A stretch of 64,000 bases of DNA from an uncultured delta proteobacterium (GTDB taxonomy: Bacteria; Myxococcota_A; Polyangia; Fen-1088), in assembly GCA_963767925.1 (NCBI GenBank), contig CAVYGB010000008.1, forward strand, positions 448,001 to 512,000, in the 5' to 3' direction. The translations under genes were made by a program, and so were the position numbers. Below the pieces are notes generated by a model that saw only the letters and a list, made by a program, of their open reading frames with translations, was not told the origin of the DNA and did not search any database. Below, one piece after another: positions 1 through 7,312 of the stretch; position 1 is the first letter of the stretch; every line of letters begins with the position of its first letter.

Positions 1-711
1 GTCCGGGGGGCGGTCGAGCTGAGCAACGCCCTGCCGGCGGTGGTGGGCGGCACCGCCACGCTGGGCGGCGGGACCTGGGGCTTCGGGGCCAACGTGGGGC
101 TGCTGTACCGGACGTTGCCCGACCGGCTGCACCTGGCCTTCACCTACCGCAGCCGGGCCAAGCTCTCCTTCGACGGGCGGGTCGACTTCGACCCCCACCC
201 CGACTTCGAGCCCAGCCTGCCCGACCAGGGCGGCGACGCGGAAATCACCTTGCCCGACATCCTCAGCCTGGGGCTGATGTGGCGGCCCGTCCCCTCGATC
301 ACCCTGACCTTCGATCCCAACCTCGTCCTGTGGAGCACCTTCGATCAGCTCGTGATCGACTTCGAGAGCGCGCCCGACCGGATCCTCGAGCGCAACAGCC
401 GCAACACGGTCACGCTGCGCCTGGGGTTCGAGTGGGCCACCCCTCAGCCCGGCCTCTCGGCGCGAGCGGGGTTCATCTTCGACCAGAACCCGGCGCCGGC
501 CGAGACCCTGGCCCCCTCGTTGCCCGACGGCAACCGGCTCGACTTCGGGATCGGCCTGGGCTATCGACAGGGGTGGCTCAAGGCCGACGTGGGCTATCTG
601 TTCGTGTATTTCCTGCCCGCCGAGGCGCGCGGCGGGCGCGAGGGTCCCGAGGGGACCTACAAGTCCATCGCCCAGCTCATGGGCCTCACCCTCTCGGCGC
701 TGTTCGACTGA
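1..711 (+). CDS. Outer-membrane long-chain fatty acid transport protein, FadL/OmpP1/TodX family (5'-partial)
   Basis: Frame is open from base 1. Amphipathic beta-strands with FadL-like segments (LPDILSLG, W-S-x-F, RAGFIFDQNP, PSLPDGNR) and a near-terminal Phe. Confidence 0.8.
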   Translation, partial: VRGAVELSNALPAVVGGTATLGGGTWGFGANVGLLYRTLPDRLHLAFTYRSRAKLSFDGRVDFDPHPDFEPSLPDQGGDAEITLPDILSLGLMWRPVPSITLTFDPNLVLWSTFDQLVIDFESAPDRILERNSRNTVTLRLGFEWATPQPGLSARAGFIFDQNPAPAETLAPSLPDGNRLDFGIGLGYRQGWLKADVGYLFVYFLPAEARGGREGPEGTYKSIAQLMGLTLSALFD

Positions 712-727
712 TCCCGTCCGGGGTCAG
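708..727. terminator. Short hairpin between convergent stop codons (possible bidirectional terminator)
   Basis: CTGATCCC-gtcc-GGGGTCAG inverted repeat with one G-U pair/mismatch. No U-tract. Confidence 0.3.
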
Positions 728-1158
728 GCCCGGCGGACGTAGTCGTAAAGGTCGTCGATGGTGCGCTGCTGATCGCGCACCATCCAGCGGGTCAGATCGC
801 CGATCGAGACCAGGCCGAGCACGCGGTCGTGTTGCACCACCGGGAGGTGGCGCTTGCGCGTGTCGGTCACGACCATCATCGCCTCCTGCACGGTGGTGCT
901 GGGGCCGATGACCACCGGCTTGCGGGTCATCACCTCGGCGACCGGCGTGCGGGCGGGATCGAGCTTGGCCGGCAAGACCCGCGTGAGGACGTCGCGTTCG
1001 GTGAAGATCCCGGCGAGGCGATCCCCTTCCATCACGAGGACCGATCCGATCTGCCGGAGATTCATCCGCTCGACCGCGTCCATCACCGTCGTGCTGGGAG
1101 AGACAACTTCCAGCTTCTCTCCCTTCTGCGCGAGGAGCTTCTCCACTGGCTCGTTCAT
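724..1158 (-). CDS. Tandem CBS-domain protein
   Basis: Two CBS repeats (GIFTERD, RHLPVV, GLVSIGDL). GGGAGGG RBS-like sequence upstream. Confidence 0.92.
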   Translation of the reverse strand: MNEPVEKLLAQKGEKLEVVSPSTTVMDAVERMNLRQIGSVLVMEGDRLAGIFTERDVLTRVLPAKLDPARTPVAEVMTRKPVVIGPSTTVQEAMMVVTDTRKRHLPVVQHDRVLGLVSIGDLTRWMVRDQQRTIDDLYDYVRRA

Positions 1159-1292
1159 GTCACCCTCCCTGCTCCGTTGTCCAACCGACGAGCATTCAAG
1201 CTTGACACCGGATCGAGGGGTCGGGCTTACAAATCGGAGGTAGGCCCCGGCGGGGTGGCGACCAGAGCCGGGTTTTCACGTAGCCTGCGGCG

Positions 1293-2795
1293 GTGACCTC
1301 GACCGAGCGACGCCGCGCCTTGCCGCTGGTGATCGGGTTGATGTTGCTCGGGATCGGCAGCGGGGTGGCGCGCCGTCACTTCATCCGCGCCTTCTTCCGC
1401 GACGCGCCGGCCGGCGCCCCGCCACCAGTGGCCCAGCCCGCGGCCGGGCAAGCGACCGCCGCGCAGCCGCTGCCAGCGGCGGCCGGCCTGCCGCCGGCGC
1501 CGCGCACGCGCGTGCTGCTCATCGATGGCCTGGACGCGGACACGGCCCGGAACCTGCCGGCCCTGAACCACCTGTGTCGAGACGGCCTCGATCTCACGGT
1601 GGACGTCGGGTTTCCCACCGTCTCGCTGCCGGTGCAGTCGGTGCTCTGGACCGGGCGCACCCAGCACCAGTCGGGCCTGCTCTACCGCATCGCCCCCCTT
1701 GCGACGCCGCCGCCCGGGGCCTTACCCCACCGGCTGCCGGGCAGTCGGGCGGCGAGCGAGGACCAGCCGTTCATCGCTCGATCCTTCGGGTTCCAGATGC
1801 TGGCCGGCGACTTCCCGGCCGCCGCCCGCGAGGCGGTCTCCGGCTCGGCGCGGCTGGCCTTCGTGCACGTCCTGCGGGTGGATAAGGCCGGGCACCGGGG
1901 CGGGTCGGCCAGCGCCGCCTACCGGGAGGCGGCCGTCTGGTCCGACGACTTGCTGGGCAAGCTGCTGCGAACCGCGCCCGCTGGCCCCGGCACCCGCTGG
2001 TTCGTGCTGTCGGATCATGGTCACCGGGGCGCGGGCGGTCACGGGGGGGCCGAGCGGGAGATCCGGCTGACCCGGGCTTGCATCGCCGGCGGCCCGTCCG
2101 CCCGTCGGGGTGATTCCCCGGGCTCGGAGATCCACCTGATCGACCTGGCGCGCGCGCTCGGGGATTCCCTGGGGCTGCCCCCGCCGGCGGGCGCGGTCGG
2201 GCGCCCGCTCCCGTTCGCCCGGGCCCACCCGGATCGGGGGGCCACCCTGCCGGGCGCGGGCTGGCTGCGGCAGGGCCTGGCCGTCCTGGTGTTCCTGGGG
2301 GCGCTGGCCCTGGGCCTGGCGCGGCCACGCTGGCGGCGCCGGTCGCTCTGGCCGCTCTGGCCGCTGCCGCTCCCGCTGGCGTACCTCGGCGTGCTGGTCA
2401 TCCGGGGGCTGCCGACGCTCTCGAACCCGATCGTCTATCCGCCGCTGGGCATCGGCGCCGTGCTGGCCGCCGTGCCCGGGCTGCTGCTCCTCGTGGTGGC
2501 GATGGGATGGCTCCTGCGCCACGACCCCGGCCGGCTGCCGGACTTTTGCCGGGTCCAGCTCGTGCCGCTGGCGGGCCTGGTGGCCGCCTGCCTGCTCGCG
2601 TGCGGCGGGGTCCAGGCCATCGTCCGGGGCGGTCCGCCCCCGCTCTACCCGATCTGGACGGCCCACGCCGCCGTGTTCATGTCGCTCTTCGCGGCGGCCG
2701 CGCTCCTGCTGGCGCTCGTGCTGCTGCTGGCCGTCGCCGGCTCGTTCGCGCTTCCGCTCCTGATCAGGGCGCGAACTCGACGAGCGGCTCGATGA
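1293..2795 (+). CDS. Membrane-anchored alkaline-phosphatase-superfamily enzyme (phosphoethanolamine/phospho-transferase-like)
   Basis: N-terminal TM, then LLIDGL, FPTVSLP, VDKAGH and SDHGHRGAGGHGG metal-site motifs, followed by several C-terminal TM helices. Confidence 0.7.
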   Translation: MTSTERRRALPLVIGLMLLGIGSGVARRHFIRAFFRDAPAGAPPPVAQPAAGQATAAQPLPAAAGLPPAPRTRVLLIDGLDADTARNLPALNHLCRDGLDLTVDVGFPTVSLPVQSVLWTGRTQHQSGLLYRIAPLATPPPGALPHRLPGSRAASEDQPFIARSFGFQMLAGDFPAAAREAVSGSARLAFVHVLRVDKAGHRGGSASAAYREAAVWSDDLLGKLLRTAPAGPGTRWFVLSDHGHRGAGGHGGAEREIRLTRACIAGGPSARRGDSPGSEIHLIDLARALGDSLGLPPPAGAVGRPLPFARAHPDRGATLPGAGWLRQGLAVLVFLGALALGLARPRWRRRSLWPLWPLPLPLAYLGVLVIRGLPTLSNPIVYPPLGIGAVLAAVPGLLLLVVAMGWLLRHDPGRLPDFCRVQLVPLAGLVAACLLACGGVQAIVRGGPPPLYPIWTAHAAVFMSLFAAAALLLALVLLLAVAGSFALPLLIRARTRRAAR

Positions 2796-5199
2796 AATCG
2801 ACCTCCGGCTCGCTCGGGTCGACCCACTCCCGCGGGCGCCGCACCCGTCGGGCGACGGGGTCTCCGCCGGGCTTCGGCCGGCGCGCCTCGAGCCGGGAGC
2901 GCTCGGGCCCCCCGACGCGGCCCACGGTCGGCCGCCAGGGGGTCGCGGCGTCGACCCGCCGGAGCTGCTGCGCCAGCCGCTGGAGCTGCTCGGGCGCCGG
3001 GGTTGCGGCGCGGGCCCGCGCCTCCCAGCGGCGGCGGCCCTCGGCGGTCCGATCGAGCCGGACCTGGGAGAAGCCCCGGTAGGCTCGTCGCAAGGAGCGC
3101 ACCAGGTCCGGCCGGGCCTCGGCCCGGTCGGCCCGCTCCTCGAAGTCCTTCGACAGGTCGTAGAGCTCGGTCAGGTTGGCGCCCGGGCGCACCAGCAGCT
3201 TGTGGGGCCAGACGATCACCCCATATTGGTCGCTCTCGTTCATGGGGAGCGGGCGGGGGGCCAGCAGCGCCGGCGGCGCCGAGGGGAACATGAAGGGCAG
3301 CAGGCTGTGGCCGTCCACCTTCGGCATCGCGCTCGCCGTGTTCGTCAGATCGCTGAGGGTGGCGGGCACGTCGAGCAGGCTCACCCCCTGGGAGACCTCG
3401 GCCGGCTCCACCCCGGGCACGATCACCGCCAGCGGGACGTGGACCAGGGCGTTGTACAGGAAGCGGCCGTGGTTCTCGGGCAGGCGGGGATCCTCGAGCA
3501 GGCTCTCGCCGTGATCGCTCATCACGACGACGATCGTGTTGTCGGCCAGGCCCCGGTTCTCGAGGGCGGTCATCAGCCGCCCCAGCGCGCGGTCGACAAC
3601 GCCGACCAGGATGCGGTAGCGATCCCGGTGGCTGTCGGCGGGCACGCCGCCGTTCAGGTTCAGCATGGTCTCGCTGAAGTAGGGGAGCTGGAAGTGCTCG
3701 TGCACGTCGAGATAGTGCAGCCAGAGGAAATAGGGCCGATCGGGGGCGCGCTGCCAGTCGTCGAGGAAGGCCAGCCCGCGGTCGGTCACCCGCCCGGAGC
3801 TGAGACCCCGGGGCACCCCGCGCAGCTCCGGGTCGGTCACGACGGTGTCGTGGGTGGCCAGCCCCCGGGTTAGCAGCGCGCCGTTGCCCGCGCGCAGCAC
3901 CTCGGAGGGCAACACGCCGTGGGTCCGGTACCCGGCCGCCGAGAGCACCTCGGGCAAGGTGATCTCGGCGCCGGCCATGGGGTTGACCTGCCCGGTGAGG
4001 ACCGCGCCCATCGACAGGTCGGTCCCCGCGGCCGAGGAGAAGGCGCGGTTGAACCAGCGGGCTTTCTTGCGGATGGCGAAGAAGTTGGGGAAGGCCCGCC
4101 GGTTCTCGGGGGCGAGGCGGAAGGGATCGGCCCGCAGGGCATCGATCACCACCAGCAGCACGTTCATGCGCTCGGTGCGGGCCCGCAGGGCGCTCACCTC
4201 GGGCGTCGCGCGCCACTCCAGGCCGACCTGGCTCGGAGCGCTGGCGGCCCGGCGCCCTCCATTGCCCCGGGGGCTTCCGTCGGCAGCGGCGGCCTCGCCG
4301 CTGGGCTCACCGTCCTGACCGTCGCAGTCCTCGTCGACCCCGTTGCCCGGGATCTCGTCGGCGCCCGGTCGGACCGCCGAGTTGAGATCGTTGCAGTCGG
4401 CTCCCCCGAGCACCGCCGGCGCGCCGTCGCGATCGAGATCGACGAGGGCCTTCGTCGCGCGATCGAGCAGGCGGGCGTGCATGCCGGAGTCGGCGATGAC
4501 CCGGCGGCTGTCGCTGTCCCGCAGGCCCCCGATCAGGGTGAGCACCACCAGGGCCAGGGCCCCACCCCGGACAATGGACAGCCGCAAGGCGGGCTGGCCC
4601 CAGGGCCAGGCGAACCAGGAGAGGTCGAGGCTCTCGGTGAAGAACCGCAGGCCCAGGCCGGCCATCAGGCAGCAGGCCACCAGGGCCAGGGTGTGCAGGT
4701 CCGGATATTCGCTGCGCACGGTGGTGCGGTTGAGGAGATCGACGGCCAGGGCGCCGACCACCAGCACCACGCCGAGGGCCCAGCGTCCCAGGCGGAGGCC
4801 GGCCAGTGGCCGGGCCAGCCAGACCACCAGCGCGGTGAGGCCCAGCCCCACGGCGGGCACCCAGAAGATCCCGAAGCGTGCGCCCGGCAAGGTGCTGGCG
4901 AACGCGCCGTCGAAGATCGTCCTCGCGGCCGGCACCAGCACCGCCAGCGCGGGCAAGCTGGCGAGCAACGCCGAGACCTGCGAGCGCGCGGAGAGGAGAG
5001 AGAGCCGGGCGCTCACGCTGAGGGCCAGCCCCAGCAGCAGGCCCAGACCGGCGAACAGGCCGGCCACGGGCCAGATGACTGTCAGCCAGGCGCCGCTCCC
5101 GTCGAGCTGGGTCAGCTCGACCACGAACAGCACCAGCGCTCCTGCCAGCCCGGCGGCGGCATCTTGTGCGCGCAGGAGTGGCGCGCGCGGGGGCCTCAT
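2764..5199 (-). CDS. Multi-TM sulfatase-like / LTA-synthase-like hydrolase-transferase with a Cys/Asp-rich metal-binding repeat
   Basis: Several N-terminal TMs; DCNDxNxAVRPGAxEIPGNGVDEDCDG motif; NVLLVVIDALRAD, LWLHYLDVH, SDHGE, HG, VHVPL and ELYDL motifs. Lacks the canonical (C/S)xPxR. Confidence 0.82.
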   Translation of the reverse strand: MRPPRAPLLRAQDAAAGLAGALVLFVVELTQLDGSGAWLTVIWPVAGLFAGLGLLLGLALSVSARLSLLSARSQVSALLASLPALAVLVPAARTIFDGAFASTLPGARFGIFWVPAVGLGLTALVVWLARPLAGLRLGRWALGVVLVVGALAVDLLNRTTVRSEYPDLHTLALVACCLMAGLGLRFFTESLDLSWFAWPWGQPALRLSIVRGGALALVVLTLIGGLRDSDSRRVIADSGMHARLLDRATKALVDLDRDGAPAVLGGADCNDLNSAVRPGADEIPGNGVDEDCDGQDGEPSGEAAAADGSPRGNGGRRAASAPSQVGLEWRATPEVSALRARTERMNVLLVVIDALRADPFRLAPENRRAFPNFFAIRKKARWFNRAFSSAAGTDLSMGAVLTGQVNPMAGAEITLPEVLSAAGYRTHGVLPSEVLRAGNGALLTRGLATHDTVVTDPELRGVPRGLSSGRVTDRGLAFLDDWQRAPDRPYFLWLHYLDVHEHFQLPYFSETMLNLNGGVPADSHRDRYRILVGVVDRALGRLMTALENRGLADNTIVVVMSDHGESLLEDPRLPENHGRFLYNALVHVPLAVIVPGVEPAEVSQGVSLLDVPATLSDLTNTASAMPKVDGHSLLPFMFPSAPPALLAPRPLPMNESDQYGVIVWPHKLLVRPGANLTELYDLSKDFEERADRAEARPDLVRSLRRAYRGFSQVRLDRTAEGRRRWEARARAATPAPEQLQRLAQQLRRVDAATPWRPTVGRVGGPERSRLEARRPKPGGDPVARRVRRPREWVDPSEPEVDFIEPLVEFAP

Positions 5200-5226
5200 C
5201 TGAACAAGCTACCATATATGACGCGA

Positions 5227-5243
5227 GTTCCTCGACGAGGAAC
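5227..5243. promoter_or_regulatory. Perfect 8-bp inverted repeat upstream of the sulfatase-like gene (candidate operator)
   Basis: GTTCCTCG-A-CGAGGAAC, about 28 bp upstream of the ATG at 5199. Adjacent palindrome CATATATG at 5213-5220. Confidence 0.35.
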
Positions 5244-5285
5244 CCATGAACAGGCGCGGCAGGCGTAATCCGATCGCGCTGCGCT

Positions 5286-5360
5286 GCTGCAGGTCTGGCT
5301 GCAGGTCTGGCTGCAGGTCTGGCTGCAGGTCTGGCTGCAGGTCTGGCTGCAGGTCTGGCT
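5286..5360. repeat. Perfect 12-bp tandem repeat (GCTGCAGGTCTG) x6.25
   Basis: Read directly: six exact copies plus GCT. Confidence 0.97.
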
Positions 5361-5496
5361 AAAGGCCCGGCTGCCGGCCTGGCCGCACGCGCAGAGCGCG
5401 AGATACCGAGAGACCAGGAGGCGCATTTTTCTCGCCGGGCGGATTCTGCACGGCGCGCGCGTGCTGGCGGCACCGGGCGTCGGCCGGCAGGCAACG

Positions 5497-5550
5497 TGTT
5501 CGCTCATTTGCTCGTTCATTTGCTCGTTCATTTGCTCACTCACTTGCTCG
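5497..5550. repeat. Degenerate 12-bp tandem repeat (TGCTCGTTCATT-like), about 4.5 copies
   Basis: tgttcgctcatt, tgctcgttcatt, tgctcgttcatt, tgctcactcact, tgctcg. Overlaps the stop of the DUF1080 gene. Confidence 0.85.
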
Positions 5551-6286
5551 CTCCGGTGCTCACCCTGGTGAGCTCCTTGAGCTTCATGTTGCGGAACTCC
5601 GCCCGGTGGAACTCGCCCTCGAGGCCGATGTGGCCGCGCAGGGGGGCCACCCCTTCCCACTCCGAGGTGACGGCGCCGTTGACCCAGAGGGTGAGCTTGT
5701 CGCCGCGCGCGGTGATCTCGTAGCTGTTCCACTCGCCCACCGGCTTGACCCGGTTGGCCCGCGGGCTGAGCTGCTTGCGAATCATCCCGTCGGGGCCGTC
5801 TTGCACGTATCCGAACCAGTAGCCGCCCGAGGCGTTGCCCACCTGGGCCTGGTGCCAGAAGCGCCGATCGGGCGCGATGCGGGCGTAGATGCCGCTGTTC
5901 CAGCCCCGCTTCTCGGGATCGACGAAGCGCCACTCGACGTGCCAGACGAAGTCGCCCAGCTCGCGGTCGTAGCGCAACATCTCGTGGGTGCCCGAGCGGC
6001 CCGGCGCCGGCACCTCGGGCAGATCGGCCTGGCAGAGCAAGCGGCCGGCCTTGCGGTCGACCTTCCAGACGTCGAAGTCCTGCCGCACCTCGGTCCGCAG
6101 GGGGTAGCGCGTCCAGCCGCTGAGCTTGTTGCCCGGCAGGATGTCCTTCCAGCCGCGGGGCTCGCTCTCGAGCGCGCTCGCGCTCTCGACCACCGGGGCC
6201 TCGCCCCCCTGGGCGAACGCCGGCAGCGGGAGCAAGGCAAGGGAGCCAGCACAGGCGAGGAGGCGCGTTACGGTCTTGCCGTTCAT
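5540..6286 (-). CDS. Secreted DUF1080 (3-keto-disaccharide hydrolase-like) protein
   Basis: Start re-called at MNGKTVTRLL with a signal peptide. LSGW, DFVWHVEWR, NSGIY, GEWNSYEI, GHIGLE and FRNMKLKEL are typical DUF1080 motifs. Confidence 0.85.
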   Translation of the reverse strand: MNGKTVTRLLACAGSLALLPLPAFAQGGEAPVVESASALESEPRGWKDILPGNKLSGWTRYPLRTEVRQDFDVWKVDRKAGRLLCQADLPEVPAPGRSGTHEMLRYDRELGDFVWHVEWRFVDPEKRGWNSGIYARIAPDRRFWHQAQVGNASGGYWFGYVQDGPDGMIRKQLSPRANRVKPVGEWNSYEITARGDKLTLWVNGAVTSEWEGVAPLRGHIGLEGEFHRAEFRNMKLKELTRVSTGASK

Positions 6287-6332
6287 GCAGGGGGGGGCCT
6301 TTCTTGTCAGGCGTCCGGGACGCGGGGCGGGT

Positions 6333-7220
6333 TCACTTGCCGAGGCGGTCGACCCGGTCGAAAAACTCCTTCTGCAGCTCGAGCGTCTTCTTGTCGGCCT
6401 TGACCGCCCGCAACGTACTGACCAGCGTCTGGATGGTGTGCTCGACCTGGAGCTGGCCGAGCTCGCGGGTGGCCACCTCGGCCTGCCCAGCATAGTGGTT
6501 CGGGAAGCTCGCGTACCACCAGATGCCGGTGTACACGTTCGGCAAGGCCAGCCGTTTCTGGTCGGCGCCCGACTCGTTCTTGGCCCGGGCCTGTTGCACG
6601 AGGTCGGGGCGCAGGTAGAGCAGGCCCGAGGTCTCGTTTTCGCCGCCGTGCTGGTCGCTCGCCGGATCGGACTTGCGCGCCTGCTTGACCCGCTCGACCT
6701 GGGCCGGATCGGGGGCCGGGTCGAAGAAGTAGACCGCGTAGCTGCGCCGGCGCTCGAGCTGGGCCTGGGCGAAGTAGCGCAGCAGGTTCGGGTTTCCCCC
6801 GTGCCCGTTGATGATGACGATCTTCTTGAAGCCGTTGCGGCCGATCTCCTCGACGGTGGCCTCGAGCAGGTCCCACACGACCCGGGAGGGCAGGGCGAAG
6901 GTGCCCGGCTGGTGTTTGGCCTCGTAGATCTGGCCGTAGAAGTAGTCGGGGAAGACCACCGCGTATTCCTGCTTGGTGGCGCGGGCCGCCAGCTCGCGCA
7001 CCTTGACCAGGTCGGAGCCCAGCGGGGCGTGGGCGCCATGTTTCTCGAGGATGCCGATCGGCAGGATGCAGGTGGCGTTCGAGCGCTCCATGGCCTTCGG
7101 CCAGTCGCTGGCGGTGAGCTCGTCCCAGCGGCTGGGGAGCTGCTGCGCCGACGCTGAGCCCGCCGCCGCCAGCACCAGGAGGGCAGCGAACGCGGACCGC
7201 GAGTGACGAGGCTGGATCAT
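6333..7220 (-). CDS. Creatininase-family amidohydrolase with signal peptide
   Basis: LPIGILEKHGAHAPLGSD, NGHGGN and HGGENETS motifs. AxA signal peptide. Start re-called at MIQPRH. Confidence 0.9.
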   Translation of the reverse strand: MIQPRHSRSAFAALLVLAAAGSASAQQLPSRWDELTASDWPKAMERSNATCILPIGILEKHGAHAPLGSDLVKVRELAARATKQEYAVVFPDYFYGQIYEAKHQPGTFALPSRVVWDLLEATVEEIGRNGFKKIVIINGHGGNPNLLRYFAQAQLERRRSYAVYFFDPAPDPAQVERVKQARKSDPASDQHGGENETSGLLYLRPDLVQQARAKNESGADQKRLALPNVYTGIWWYASFPNHYAGQAEVATRELGQLQVEHTIQTLVSTLRAVKADKKTLELQKEFFDRVDRLGK

Positions 7221-7312
7221 GGGGCCGGCTCCGTTCGGGGTGGGGTGGGACCGTTTTCGGGTCCGCACTCTACCGATTGAAAGCCGGTTCGGCTATGCCC
7301 TATCGACCCGCG

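Noticed and set aside
1196..1234. Sigma70 promoter (TTGACA ... TACAAAT)
   Set aside because: The spacing of about 20 bp is outside the normal range, so it is not supportable.
5286..5550. Repeat arrays as a CRISPR locus
   Set aside because: The units are 12 bp, head-to-tail, with no unique spacers, and there are no cas genes.
6287..7039. N-terminal extension of the DUF1080 ORF
   Set aside because: Off-frame overlap with the creatininase gene. The signal peptide begins at 6286.
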